Shown: positions 49,927 through 60,577, numbered from the stretch's first letter. The stretch is 64,000 nucleotides of DNA from an uncultured Bacilli bacterium (GCA_910586195.1 CAJUHO010000003.1:2529-66528), one strand, 5' to 3'. Notes: a model not told the origin generated them from the sequence alone. A program made the numbers and translations.

Positions 49927-51621
49927 ATGTATCAAGCTTTATATAGAAAATATAGACCATTGTTGTTTTCTGATGTGGTAGGACAAACCTCAATTGTAAA
50001 AATATTAAAAAACTCTATTTTAAATAATCAGGTGGGACATGCCTATTTGTTTTTTGGATCTCGTGGAACTGGAAAAACATCATTGGCTAAAATATTTGCT
50101 CGTACTATTAATTGTTCGCATTTGAACAATGGTGAAATTTGTTGTGAATGTGATTCCTGTAAAGAAATGATAGGTGAGAAGTCTGTAGATATAATTGAAA
50201 TTGATGCAGCATCAAATAATGGTGTGGATGAAATTCGTGAGTTACGGAGTAAGGTGAATTTGGTTCCTAATCAATTGAAATATAAGGTTTATATTATTGA
50301 TGAGGTTCATATGCTTTCTATAGGTGCGTTTAATGCATTACTAAAAACATTAGAGGAACCTCCTGAGCATATTGTGTTTGTTTTGGCTACTACTGATCCT
50401 CAAAAGGTTCCAGATACTATTAAATCTAGATGTCAATGTTTTAATTTTAAACGCATTAGTGATGAACATATTGTTCAAAAGTTGGAAGAAATATGTGATG
50501 CTGAAAAGATAAATGTGGAAAAATCGATTTTACAAAGTATTGCTTCATTTTCAAATGGTGGTATGAGGGATTCACTTAGTTCTTTGGATATGTTATATTC
50601 TGCCTGTGGAAAAAATATTACGATGCAGGATTATATTGAAATAAATAATTTGATAGATAATAATGAGTTGAAAATCCTTTTGGAGGAAATTTTATCTGGC
50701 AATGTGGAAAACTTTTTAAAACATATTGAGAAAGTTAATTCTTATGGAAAAAATATTGTTCAGATTTTTGAATTGATGCTAAAACAGGGGAGAGATATTT
50801 TAGTGAATCATTATGTAAATAATACCTCTTGTGATTATGATTTGGCTTTGCTAGAAGATTTTGTGTTTTACTTAAATGAGCATTTGTTTGATATTAAGAA
50901 GGCATCTAATTCTAGGATATATGTTGAAATAATGATTTTGAAATTTATTAATGAAAAAATATTAGATAAGAGTGAAGAACAAATTATTTCCCGGGAAATA
51001 ATTTGTAAACAAACGTTCGATAATGAGACAGAAGTTTCAAAAAATGATTTTTTGGAAGAGGAAAAGTCAGAAAATATTTCTATAAGTTTAAAAGAAAACT
51101 TTGATAATGATAATTCCTATGATAAAATAGAAAATGATTTCTTACAAAAGTATAAAAATCTTATGGATATACGTGTAAACAATACTCTTTGTAAAGCGGA
51201 TAAAAATGTTTTACTGTCTGTAAAGAAAAATATGGAAAAGTTAAAGGAGTATGTTTTTGATCAAAAAATCGGATATTTAGTTTGTTCTTTAATGGATGGC
51301 ACAATTCGTGTTGCTAGTGAGGAAAATATTTTAATTAGCGTTGAGTATGATTCTATGGTTGATTCTAATATAAAGAACATAGATAAATTAAAGGACGCAT
51401 TATTTCAGATTACAGGATTGACTCAAAATTTGGTTTTTATTACAGATGAATGTTGGGTTTCTAAAAAGCAAGAGTATATTCAACGGATGCAAAGTGGCGA
51501 GAGTTATCAGTATCTTTCAGAGCCTGAACTGCCTATTATGCCAGAGAAAGATTGTAAGAAAAATGAATTAGTAGAACATGCCATAGAATTATTTGGTGAT
51601 ATAGTAGAGGAGGAAAAATAG
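49927..51621 (+). CDS. dnaX: DNA polymerase III subunit gamma/tau
   Basis: AAA+ Walker A GSRGTGKTS, zinc module CxxC...CxxC, SRC motif; carries an internal 24-bp perfect palindrome at 50981-51004. Confidence 0.95.
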   Translation: MYQALYRKYRPLLFSDVVGQTSIVKILKNSILNNQVGHAYLFFGSRGTGKTSLAKIFARTINCSHLNNGEICCECDSCKEMIGEKSVDIIEIDAASNNGVDEIRELRSKVNLVPNQLKYKVYIIDEVHMLSIGAFNALLKTLEEPPEHIVFVLATTDPQKVPDTIKSRCQCFNFKRISDEHIVQKLEEICDAEKINVEKSILQSIASFSNGGMRDSLSSLDMLYSACGKNITMQDYIEINNLIDNNELKILLEEILSGNVENFLKHIEKVNSYGKNIVQIFELMLKQGRDILVNHYVNNTSCDYDLALLEDFVFYLNEHLFDIKKASNSRIYVEIMILKFINEKILDKSEEQIISREIICKQTFDNETEVSKNDFLEEEKSENISISLKENFDNDNSYDKIENDFLQKYKNLMDIRVNNTLCKADKNVLLSVKKNMEKLKEYVFDQKIGYLVCSLMDGTIRVASEENILISVEYDSMVDSNIKNIDKLKDALFQITGLTQNLVFITDECWVSKKQEYIQRMQSGESYQYLSEPELPIMPEKDCKKNELVEHAIELFGDIVEEEK

Positions 51622-51626
51622 TTATT

Positions 51627-51923
51627 ATGAATATTCAAGCAATGATGAAGCAAGCACAGTCGCTTCAAAAAGAAATGATGAAAGCAAAAGAGGAGATTGA
51701 TAAAACGGAATTTGTAGGGGAGAGTTCTTTTGTAAAAATAAAAATAAACGGTAAAAAGGAAGTTTTGAAAATTGAAATAGATAAGCAAGAGACTATAGAA
51801 ACAGATGATATTGAGATGTTAGAAGATATGCTAGTTGTTGCTATTAATAATGCTATGAATCAAGTAGACGAAATGACAGAGAAAAAAATGGGAAAATTTG
51901 GTAATATCCCAGGATTATTTTAG
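51627..51923 (+). CDS. ybaB: nucleoid-associated protein YbaB/EbfC
   Basis: 98 aa, MMKQAQSLQKEMMKAKEE start; dnaX-ybaB-recR order. Confidence 0.9.
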   Translation: MNIQAMMKQAQSLQKEMMKAKEEIDKTEFVGESSFVKIKINGKKEVLKIEIDKQETIETDDIEMLEDMLVVAINNAMNQVDEMTEKKMGKFGNIPGLF

Positions 51924-51925
51924 TT

Positions 51926-52522
51926 ATGTATCCAGAGAGTCTTCAAGAACTAATACAGGGCTTTAAATATTTGCCAGGAATAGGTGAGAAAACGGCAGAA
52001 CGTTTAGCTTTTGCTGTTTTAGATTTAGATAGTGAACAGGTAGAACTATTTTCCGATAGTATTCAAAAAGTGAAAAGTAAAATTCATGCTTGTAAAGTAT
52101 GCAATACTTTAACAGAAGATGAGGAGTGCTCTATTTGTTCTGATGCAAGTCGTAATACTAAAATTTTATGTATTGTTGAGGATGCTAAGAGTGTATTTTT
52201 GTTTGAAAAATTAGGTACTTATAAAGGTATTTATCATGTCTTAGATGGTTTGATTTCCCCTTTAGATGGTATTAACCCTGAGGATATTGGTATTGATAAA
52301 CTTATAAAACGTTTAAATACAAAACAGTTTGAGGAAATTATTTTCGCATTTCGTCCTAGTATAGAGGGAGAGACTACAGCTCTTTATATTAAACAAATTT
52401 TAACAGGTTTAAATATAAAAATTACGAAGTTAGCGAGTGGTGTCCCTATGGGGGCTGATATGGAATATATTGATGCGCTAACTCTTGAAAGAGCATTAAA
52501 TGATCGGAAAGAAGTAACATAA
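51926..52522 (+). CDS. recR: recombination protein RecR
   Basis: HhH, C4 zinc finger (CKVCNTL...CSIC), Toprim. Confidence 0.95.
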   Translation: MYPESLQELIQGFKYLPGIGEKTAERLAFAVLDLDSEQVELFSDSIQKVKSKIHACKVCNTLTEDEECSICSDASRNTKILCIVEDAKSVFLFEKLGTYKGIYHVLDGLISPLDGINPEDIGIDKLIKRLNTKQFEEIIFAFRPSIEGETTALYIKQILTGLNIKITKLASGVPMGADMEYIDALTLERALNDRKEVT

Positions 52523-52551
52523 TTCCGTTTCTTTTTCATATTCTTTATTAG

Positions 52552-52746
52552 GTGATTGAATTGAAGCAAATAATAAAGTATTGTAAAAGAATCATTTTAG
52601 GAGCTTTTATTTTATATGGATATAACGTAATTGCTTCTAATTTTAATATGATAGTACCAATAAATTTTATTACTGTTGGAATGATTGGACTTTTAGGGGC
52701 ACCAGCATTGATTGCACTAATATTATTAAAAATTATGATTATGTGA
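52552..52746 (+). CDS. bofA: BofA-family sigma-K processing regulatory membrane protein
   Basis: Two-TM 64-aa protein with conserved VPINFITVGMIGLLGAPAL segment; located after recR as in Bacillus; start may be GTG at 52552 or TTG at 52561. Confidence 0.6.
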   Translation: MIELKQIIKYCKRIILGAFILYGYNVIASNFNMIVPINFITVGMIGLLGAPALIALILLKIMIM

Positions 52747-52753
52747 GGTAGTA

Positions 52754-53593
52754 ATGGAAAAAGAAAAATTAGAAGGAACTATATATGATAGAATTTATAA
52801 TGCCTTAGATCATAATATGTTATCACATGCCTATTTGTTTGAAATGGATAATTTGGTACAGGCTAATGATATTATAAAACATATTGCCAAATTGATTCTG
52901 TGTTCTAATCGTGGTATTCATGATCAAGAAGAAAGATGCGAAATTTGTCGTTTAATTGATTTAGATCAATGCACAGATTTGAAAACAGTATATCCAAATG
53001 GAAGTATGATAAAAAAGGAACAATTGTTAGAAATTAAAAAGTTGTATAAAACAACTTCATCGTCGAGGTATCGAATTTATGTTATTTATGAAGCTGAAAA
53101 ACTAAATGCGTCATCGGCAAATACTATTTTGAAGTTTTTAGAAGAACCAGAAAAGGGCATTATTGCTTTTTTGGTGGCAAAAAATCGTTATCAAGTATTA
53201 GATACTGTCGTTTCTAGGTGCCAAGTTTTAAATTTTAAGGATATAGATAAAGAATTGCAATTTGATAGTCATATTATTGATTTTATTCAAAAAGTTACTC
53301 AAAATAATAGTTTTTATATGGAATTTAAAGAAATATTAGAAAATTATTTGTCAGATAAAGAAAGTGCTAAACAGTTGTTGGATGCTGTGGAACAATACTT
53401 TCATGAGTTATTGATTTATAATGTGGGAAATAATTCTCATTTAAAAGATGCAGAAATTTTTGCAAAAATTCCCAAAGATAGTATAATAAGATATATTTCT
53501 ATTATAGAAGATGAAAAGCAAAAGTTGGTGTATAATGTCAATTATAAGCTTTGGTTAGATAATTTATTATTGCGTTTTCTGGAGGTGTTATAG
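52754..53593 (+). CDS. holB: DNA polymerase III delta-prime subunit
   Basis: Degenerate AAA+ clamp-loader fold, LSHAYLF start, zinc module CEICRL...C; upstream of yaaT. Confidence 0.85.
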   Translation: MEKEKLEGTIYDRIYNALDHNMLSHAYLFEMDNLVQANDIIKHIAKLILCSNRGIHDQEERCEICRLIDLDQCTDLKTVYPNGSMIKKEQLLEIKKLYKTTSSSRYRIYVIYEAEKLNASSANTILKFLEEPEKGIIAFLVAKNRYQVLDTVVSRCQVLNFKDIDKELQFDSHIIDFIQKVTQNNSFYMEFKEILENYLSDKESAKQLLDAVEQYFHELLIYNVGNNSHLKDAEIFAKIPKDSIIRYISIIEDEKQKLVYNVNYKLWLDNLLLRFLEVL

Positions 53594-54378
53594 TGATTGA
53601 TGTAGTTTGTGTTAAATTGGACTCTGATAAAAATTTAGCTTATTTTTCACCTCAAAATTTAAAAATATATAAGGGACAAGCTGTTATAGTAGAGACTGAA
53701 AATGGTATGCAATTAGGTAAGACAATGTCAGGTGTCTTCAAGGAAGAAGAACAGAATCTTTTGTTGCCGTTAAAAAAAATTCTTCATATTGCAACAGAGG
53801 TAGAGATTGAGAAACAAAAAAAATTAAAAAAGGAAGCCGAGGATGCTTTGCAAATTGCTAAGCGATATGCCAAAGAGTTACAATTAGATATGACCTTTAT
53901 TGATGCATATTATACATTTGAAAAGAGTCAATTGTTTTTCTCCTTTGTCTCTGATAATCGAATTGATTTTAGAGAACTTGCTAAGAAATTAGCACAGAAA
54001 TATAAAACGAGGATCGAGTTGCGTCAGATTGGTGTGCGTGATAAGGCAAAACGAGTTGGTGGGTTAGGACCATGTGGATTGTTTTTATGTTGTAATACAT
54101 TTTTGACAGATTTTAATAGTGTATCTATTAATATGGCTAAAAATCAAATGTTGGCACTTAACCCTTCTAAAATCAATGGTGTTTGTGGACGTCTGTTGTG
54201 TTGCTTGAATTATGAAAATGAGACCTATAGTTATTTAAAAAAAGATTTACCTAAAATTGGTACTATTATAAAAACAGAAGAAGGAACAGGAAAGGTAATT
54301 GATATTGATATTTTTAGAAAGAGTTATCGTGTTGATTTTGGAATGAGAGGTATTATAGAGTTTCATAATGAAAAATAA
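53593..54378 (+). CDS. ricT: PSP1-domain protein RicT/YaaT (stage 0 sporulation protein)
   Basis: PSP1 C-terminal Cys cluster GPCGLFLCC...CGRLLCCLNYE. Confidence 0.88.
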   Translation: MIDVVCVKLDSDKNLAYFSPQNLKIYKGQAVIVETENGMQLGKTMSGVFKEEEQNLLLPLKKILHIATEVEIEKQKKLKKEAEDALQIAKRYAKELQLDMTFIDAYYTFEKSQLFFSFVSDNRIDFRELAKKLAQKYKTRIELRQIGVRDKAKRVGGLGPCGLFLCCNTFLTDFNSVSINMAKNQMLALNPSKINGVCGRLLCCLNYENETYSYLKKDLPKIGTIIKTEEGTGKVIDIDIFRKSYRVDFGMRGIIEFHNEK

Positions 54379-55081
54379 TAAAATGCAAGATTTAGAGTTG
54401 TGTAGCATTGTCGGATATGAACACATTAAAATTTATCAGCAAAAAGGGTTCTTTAAAATGACAAGTGATTCTTTAGCTTTAGCCAATTTTGTTAAGGTGA
54501 ATTACAAAGATAAAAATATTATGGATATTGGTACTGGATTAGCTTGTATTCCTTTAGTTTTAAGTGCTAAATCTAATGCTCATATTACAGCTGTTGAGAT
54601 TGATAAAAGTGTTGCTGATATTGCGATGAAGTCTGTGAAATTTAATCACTTAGAAAAACAAATAACTATTGTTAATGAAGATATCAATGATTACGCAAAA
54701 AGGAGTCATATTAATAGTTATGATATTATTGTCTCTAATCCGCCATATTTTTCTTTCGAAAATGGATATTTAAATTCTTCTGAAGTTTTATCAAAGGCGA
54801 GGCATGATATCACTTTGGAGTTAGATAGTATTTTTTCTATTTCATCTAAATTGTTAAAAGATGGGGGAAAGTTAGTATTAGTTTTTACTGCCACTCGTTT
54901 GATAGAAATTATAGATTTATATCATAAATATCATTTTACAATTAAACGGTTGCAATTTATTCATGGTGGTATAGGTAAAGGTGCAAAAACCTTTTTAATC
55001 GAGGGTAGTAAAAATGGAAAAGAAGGTATGGTAGTTTCTTTTCCTTTAATTCTAAATATGGAAGGAGATTTTTTTGTATGA
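54368..55081 (+). CDS. SAM-dependent tRNA (adenine-N6)-methyltransferase, YabB/TrmN6-like
   Basis: DIGTGLA SAM motif and SNPPYF catalytic motif; yabB position. Confidence 0.8.
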   Translation: MKNNKMQDLELCSIVGYEHIKIYQQKGFFKMTSDSLALANFVKVNYKDKNIMDIGTGLACIPLVLSAKSNAHITAVEIDKSVADIAMKSVKFNHLEKQITIVNEDINDYAKRSHINSYDIIVSNPPYFSFENGYLNSSEVLSKARHDITLELDSIFSISSKLLKDGGKLVLVFTATRLIEIIDLYHKYHFTIKRLQFIHGGIGKGAKTFLIEGSKNGKEGMVVSFPLILNMEGDFFV

Positions 55082-55929
55082 GTCAAAAAAGTTATGATAA
55101 ATCAGCCAGTTTATATTTAATACCAACTCCCATTGGTAATTTAGAAGATATTACTATGCGTAGTTTGCGTCTTTTAAAAGAAGTGAATTATATTTTATGC
55201 GAAGATACAAGAACGACAGGAAACTTATTGAAAAAGTATGACATTAAAAATCAATTAGTAAGCTGTCATGAATTTAATGAAAATAATGTTAAAAGTCGTG
55301 TTATTGCTGATTTGAAAAATGGTAAAAATATAGGGTTGGTTACAGATCAAGGAACGCCCATTATTAGTGATCCTGGATATAAGGTTGTACAGGAAGTGAT
55401 TGCTAATTCTTTAAATGTTATAGCTTTACCAGGTGCCACTGCCTTTGTTCCTGCTCTTATTACATCTGGAATATCACCTTCTCCATTTTTGTTTTATGGT
55501 TTTTTAAATGCCAAATCGTCTAAACAAAAAAAGGAATTAGAAATGATAAAGAACAATACTGCTACTATGATTTTTTATGAGGCTCCTCACCGTATTCGTG
55601 ATACTTTAGTGAATATGAGAGAAATTTTAGGGGAACGTAGAATTAGTTTAAGTAGAGAGATTTCTAAACTTTATGAGGAAATTTATCGTGGAACGATTTC
55701 TGATGTTTTAGATGAATTAGACGCTTTAAAAGGGGAATTTGTACTTGTTGTAGAGGGAAATACGGAAAATCAAAAATATGATCATTTAACTATAGCAGAG
55801 CATGTTTGTCTTTATTTAGATGATGGTATGAATGAAAAGGAAGCAATTAAACTAGTTGCCAAAGAGAGAAATGTCTTGAAGGGATTTGTTTATCAAGAGT
55901 ATCATAATGTAAAGGGTGTGAAAAAGTGA
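55078..55929 (+). CDS. rsmI: 16S rRNA (cytidine1402-2'-O)-methyltransferase RsmI
   Basis: LYLIPTPIGNLEDIT and CEDTRTTG tetrapyrrole-methylase-fold motifs. Confidence 0.92.
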   Translation: MSQKSYDKSASLYLIPTPIGNLEDITMRSLRLLKEVNYILCEDTRTTGNLLKKYDIKNQLVSCHEFNENNVKSRVIADLKNGKNIGLVTDQGTPIISDPGYKVVQEVIANSLNVIALPGATAFVPALITSGISPSPFLFYGFLNAKSSKQKKELEMIKNNTATMIFYEAPHRIRDTLVNMREILGERRISLSREISKLYEEIYRGTISDVLDELDALKGEFVLVVEGNTENQKYDHLTIAEHVCLYLDDGMNEKEAIKLVAKERNVLKGFVYQEYHNVKGVKK

Positions 55930-56492
55930 AATTGGTAGTAGGGTTAGGAAATCCAGGGGATGATTATCTTAATACAAGACATAATACAGGCTTTTATATG
56001 CTTGATTTATATTTAGAGTCTAAGGAGTTAACGAATTATAAAAGTAAATTTAATGGACTTTATATTATTGCTTCTATAAATGGAGAGAAAGTTATATTTT
56101 TAAAGCCACAGTCTTTTATGAATTTATCTGGTGAAGTTGTTAAAAGATTTATGGATTTTTATAAAATTTCTGTAGATAATGTATTTATTGTTCATGATGA
56201 TTTAGATATTCCTCTTGGAAGTTTTAAGTTGAAATCATCTGGTAGTAGTGCAGGTCATAATGGCTTGAAAAATATTGAGTCTCATTTAAAGACACAGGCT
56301 TACAAAAGATTGAAGATTGGTATTTCGCATGTTGACCGTGCTGAAACTATTGACTATGTACTTGGAAAATTTTCGAAAGATGAGCAGGAAATTTTGGAAA
56401 AGTTAAGTATTATTGTTGGTAATTTGTTAGACGATTTCTTTAGAATGGATTTTTCTACTTTAATGAATAAATATAATCGAAAGATTGGGTGA
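55926..56492 (+). CDS. pth: peptidyl-tRNA hydrolase
   Basis: MKLVVGLGNPG...RHNTGF N-terminus and AGHNGLK motif. Confidence 0.95.
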   Translation: MKLVVGLGNPGDDYLNTRHNTGFYMLDLYLESKELTNYKSKFNGLYIIASINGEKVIFLKPQSFMNLSGEVVKRFMDFYKISVDNVFIVHDDLDIPLGSFKLKSSGSSAGHNGLKNIESHLKTQAYKRLKIGISHVDRAETIDYVLGKFSKDEQEILEKLSIIVGNLLDDFFRMDFSTLMNKYNRKIG

Positions 56493-56496
56493 TAAT

Positions 56497-59400
56497 ATGA
56501 GTGTTTTTACGGAATTAATTGAAATACCGCAAAAAGAGACCATGGGCATTGTAAATTTGACCGATGAGTTTTTTTGTATATATTTAAAAACTTTGTTTGA
56601 AAAAAATGGAGCAAATATATTGGTGGTTGTAAATTCACTGTTTGAGGCAAATAAGCTTTATAAGGATTTACTTGTTTATACGGATAAAGTATCTTTGTTT
56701 CCAATGGATGATTTTTTAACGAGTGAAGCGATTGCTATTAGTCCAGATTTACAAATGGTGAGAATGGAAACTTTGATTTCTCTTACTTTACAAAAATCAC
56801 AAATTGTTATTACCAATTTAATGGGATTTCTTCGTTATCTTCCCTCTCCTGTTGATTTTTCAAATTGTTTGAAGACGTATCGAAGGGGGGAGGAAATTTC
56901 TTCAAAAGATTTGATTCAATATTTGTTAAAATTAGGCTACCATAGGGAAACAATGGTCACTCAAACTGGAGAATTTGCTATTCGTGGTTTTATTATAGAT
57001 ATTTTTCCAGTAACTTATGATAATCCTATTCGTTTTGAATTTTTTGGTGATGAGATTGATGAGATTCGTAGTTTTCAAATTGGAAGTCAACGTTCTATAG
57101 AAAAACTTGAAGAAGTTACCATTTATCCATGTTGGGAGTTTATTGTAGAAAAAGAGGTGGAAGAAGAAAAACAAAAGCAGAAATATTTGGAAGAATGTTT
57201 ACAGCATACTTTTTCTATTAAAGATTATTTGTTAAATCCTACTATTATTTATAAAGACTATTCTCAATTAGCAGTTAGTGAGAAAACTCTTCGTAATGAG
57301 ATTATGACTTATCAGACTACTAAAGATGTATCTTATTCTGGTAATTATATGTTTTTTTTAAGCGATTTAAGAACTAGTAAAGAAATATATTATATGAATG
57401 TTGATAATATCATTGCGGATCAAAATTTATATGTTATGGATTTTGGTATTAAATCGGTTCCTTCTTTTCATGAAAATGGTGAGGCTATTAATCAATACTT
57501 AATTCATAATTTAGAAAATCAAAAAACAGTGATTATTTGTTTAGATAAAACTCAAATAGAGAGTTTTACATCTCATCTTGCAGTCCCTTATGCTCAAGTT
57601 TTTGAGAATGGAATCGTTTTACATCAGGTGAATATATTAGAAAAGCCAATTGGTGAGGGATTTATTTATAAGGATTATATATTTATTTCTCAAAATGAAT
57701 TATATAATGAAAAGAAACGCAGTAAAAAATCAGTATCTAGTTTTAAATACACTTCTAAAATAAAGGATATTGATAAATTACAAATAGGAGATTATGTTGT
57801 TCATGATGTTCATGGTATTGGTATTTATAATGGTATTCGTGTGTTAGTTCAAAATGGTATGAGTAAGGACTATTTAGAATTACTTTATAAAAACAATGAT
57901 AAACTTTATATTCCAGTGGAAAAAATAGATTATTTAAATAAATATACTGGAAGAGAAGGAAGTGCTCCTAATATTCATTCATTAAATGGTAGTGAATGGG
58001 AAAAAACGAAACGTCGTGTATCTCAAAAAATTGCTGATATGGCAGATCAACTTTTGAAGCTTTATGCAGAAAGAGAAAGCAGAAAAGGTTATGCTTTTTC
58101 AAAAGATACAGCGTTACTTTATGAATTTGAACATGATATTCCTTTTCAACTTACCAAAGATCAAATGTTAGCTATTAAACAAATAAAATTAGATATGGAG
58201 TCTATTCAACCAATGGATCGTCTTTTATGTGGGGATGTTGGTTTCGGAAAAACAGAGGTTGCTTTTGTTGCTGCTTTTAAGGCTATACTGGATTCTAAGC
58301 AAGTTTTGTTTTTATGTCCTACTACTATTTTATCTAATCAGCATTATGAAAATGCTTTACGTCGTTTTCGTGATTTCCCAGTTCAAATTGCTTTACTGAA
58401 TCGTTTTAGTTCCTCTCGTGAAGTAAAACGAATTATTGCAGGATTAAAGGATGGAACTATTGATTTAGTTTTTGGTACTCATCGTCTTTTAAGTGATGAT
58501 GTTCAACCAAAGGATTTGGGTTTATTAATTATTGATGAAGAGCAGAGATTTGGAGTAGCGCATAAAGAAAAAATTAAACAGTATAAATCTAATGTTGATA
58601 TTTTGACTCTAACAGCAACTCCAATTCCTAGAACTTTACAAATGTCTATGACGGGTATTCGGAGTCTTTCCTTAATTGAGACACCACCAGTAGATCGTTA
58701 TCCTATTCAAACGTATGTAGTGGAGGAAAATAAGCAGATTATACGAGATGCTATTTATAAGGAACTTTCTAGAGATGGTCAAATATTTTTACTTTATAAT
58801 CGAGTAGAATTGATAGAACGGAAGGCCCAAGAAATTGCTGAGTTAGTTCCTGATGCCCGTGTTATGGTAGCACATGGACAGATGACTAAAATTCAGATGG
58901 AAAATAGGATGATAGATTTTATTAATCATGAGTATGATGTTTTAGTTTGTACAACAATTATAGAAACAGGAATTGATATTCCTAATGTCAATACACTGAT
59001 TATTTTAGATGCTGATCATTTTGGATTAAGTCAGTTATATCAAATTAGAGGTCGTGTTGGTCGTAGTAATAAGTTTGCATATGCTTATTTAATGTATAAA
59101 CCATTTAAAGCTTTGACAGAAACTGCTGTAAAAAGATTGAATGTTATAAAAGAGTTTACGGAACTTGGTAGTGGCTTTTCTATTGCTACTCGTGACTTGT
59201 CTATTCGGGGAGCTGGAGATATATTGGGTAGAGAGCAAGCTGGATTTATCGATAGTATAGGAATTGATTTATATTTAAAACTTCTTAATAATGAAGTGGC
59301 GAGAAGACAGGGGAAAAATTTGAGTGAAGAAGAAAAAGAAGATGTTAATCCTTTGATAAATGTTGCTACTCATATTGAGGATAATTATGTAAATGATGAA

Positions 59401-59796
59401 GATTTAAAAATAGAAATCCATCGTTTAATTAATACCATTGATAGTAGAAGAATGCTAGGACAGGTGAAATGTGAACTAGAAGATAGATTTGGTAAAATTA
59501 ATGAAGATATGTTGATTTATATGCATGAAGAATGGTTTGAAAAATTGGCGAAAAAAATTCCAATAAAAAATTTCAGACAAACTAAAAATTCAATAGAATT
59601 ATCTTTTACGAAAAATATTGTAGAAAAGTTAAATATGGAAGAACTGTTTATGGATGCTTGTAATATTTCAATGATGTTTCGTTTTAAAACTTTAGGAGAG
59701 ACTTTGGTTATAGTTTTAGATACTATTAAGCTGGAAATCCATCCCATTTATTATTTGTGTGATTTATTGGAAAATATTAGTTGTAAATTATACTGA
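56497..59796 (+). CDS. mfd: transcription-repair coupling factor Mfd
   Basis: UvrB-homology N-domain, RNAP-interacting domain, superfamily 2 helicase motifs (GDVGFGKTEVA, DEEQRFG) and TRG motif; start at the ATG after the GGGTGA RBS. Confidence 0.95.
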   Translation: MSVFTELIEIPQKETMGIVNLTDEFFCIYLKTLFEKNGANILVVVNSLFEANKLYKDLLVYTDKVSLFPMDDFLTSEAIAISPDLQMVRMETLISLTLQKSQIVITNLMGFLRYLPSPVDFSNCLKTYRRGEEISSKDLIQYLLKLGYHRETMVTQTGEFAIRGFIIDIFPVTYDNPIRFEFFGDEIDEIRSFQIGSQRSIEKLEEVTIYPCWEFIVEKEVEEEKQKQKYLEECLQHTFSIKDYLLNPTIIYKDYSQLAVSEKTLRNEIMTYQTTKDVSYSGNYMFFLSDLRTSKEIYYMNVDNIIADQNLYVMDFGIKSVPSFHENGEAINQYLIHNLENQKTVIICLDKTQIESFTSHLAVPYAQVFENGIVLHQVNILEKPIGEGFIYKDYIFISQNELYNEKKRSKKSVSSFKYTSKIKDIDKLQIGDYVVHDVHGIGIYNGIRVLVQNGMSKDYLELLYKNNDKLYIPVEKIDYLNKYTGREGSAPNIHSLNGSEWEKTKRRVSQKIADMADQLLKLYAERESRKGYAFSKDTALLYEFEHDIPFQLTKDQMLAIKQIKLDMESIQPMDRLLCGDVGFGKTEVAFVAAFKAILDSKQVLFLCPTTILSNQHYENALRRFRDFPVQIALLNRFSSSREVKRIIAGLKDGTIDLVFGTHRLLSDDVQPKDLGLLIIDEEQRFGVAHKEKIKQYKSNVDILTLTATPIPRTLQMSMTGIRSLSLIETPPVDRYPIQTYVVEENKQIIRDAIYKELSRDGQIFLLYNRVELIERKAQEIAELVPDARVMVAHGQMTKIQMENRMIDFINHEYDVLVCTTIIETGIDIPNVNTLIILDADHFGLSQLYQIRGRVGRSNKFAYAYLMYKPFKALTETAVKRLNVIKEFTELGSGFSIATRDLSIRGAGDILGREQAGFIDSIGIDLYLKLLNNEVARRQGKNLSEEEKEDVNPLINVATHIEDNYVNDEDLKIEIHRLINTIDSRRMLGQVKCELEDRFGKINEDMLIYMHEEWFEKLAKKIPIKNFRQTKNSIELSFTKNIVEKLNMEELFMDACNISMMFRFKTLGETLVIVLDTIKLEIHPIYYLCDLLENISCKLY

Positions 59797-59909
59797 TAGT
59801 GTTACAAATTAGATAGTTAATAGTATTTCTTTAATCTTTTGTTTTTCTGAAAAAAACATTGACTAAAAAAATATTGCTTGGTATTCTTTTTATGTAATTA
59901 TAGAAAGAG

Positions 59910-60575
59910 GTGTTGATTTTGATAGGAGTAGAGGATCTAGAAAGACAACATTTGGAAACATATAAAAATGCAATTTTAGAGTTGATTCGTAATAATACAG
60001 AAATTCTTATTACTGAAGATATTATTTCTCTTCTTAGACAACCACCTCTTGACTCTATGGATTCTGTAAAAACTAGATTGTTTAATTTATCAAAAAGATT
60101 TGGAATTGTTTTAGATAAAGAAGTAGTGGATGGTTTATTGAATGCGTATCGTGTGCAATTAATTGAAAAATTTTCTAACATTGGTGAAGATAGAGTGCAT
60201 AGACTAAGTAAACTTGTAGAAGATTTTTTTCCTAAAAAGGAATCAGACATGATAAAAATTCCTAAAAAGGAGTTTTCTTCAATTAATAGTAAAATAAAAA
60301 AAATTTCTAAAGAAAAAATAAAAAGTGCTAATCAATCATTGCTTTCAGGTCTTCCTAAACTTTTTAAGGAAGATATAGATAATGAATGTAGAATTAAAAT
60401 AATAGATGATATGAGAAAATATCTTTTAGGAAACTATAGTAAAGATTTAATTGAAAATATAGAATTAAAAATAGTTATTAAAGATACTACTTTAATGAAT
60501 AGTATATTAGAGCAAGGGGAGAGATATCTGTTTACTAAAAGTAACTCTCATTTGTTTGATATTTCAAATAATTAG
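59910..60575 (+). CDS. hypothetical protein (helical, K/E-rich)
   Basis: 221-aa ORF with GTG start 6 nt after an AGAAAGAGG RBS; preceded by TTGACT-17-TATTCT promoter-like sequence; followed by a terminator; inserted between mfd and spoVT. Confidence 0.5.
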   Translation: MLILIGVEDLERQHLETYKNAILELIRNNTEILITEDIISLLRQPPLDSMDSVKTRLFNLSKRFGIVLDKEVVDGLLNAYRVQLIEKFSNIGEDRVHRLSKLVEDFFPKKESDMIKIPKKEFSSINSKIKKISKEKIKSANQSLLSGLPKLFKEDIDNECRIKIIDDMRKYLLGNYSKDLIENIELKIVIKDTTLMNSILEQGERYLFTKSNSHLFDISNN

Positions 60576-60577
60576 GA

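Noticed and set aside
50950-51010. Programmed -1/+1 ribosomal frameshift site in dnaX
   Set aside because: No slippery heptamer (A AAA AAG-like) precedes the hairpin, so frameshifting is unsupported; kept only as a hairpin observation.
59831-60250. 139-aa ORF antisense to the 221-aa hypothetical gene
   Set aside because: Opposite strand of a better-supported ORF with promoter, RBS and terminator; Ser/Leu-rich composition typical of antisense reading of K/E-rich genes.
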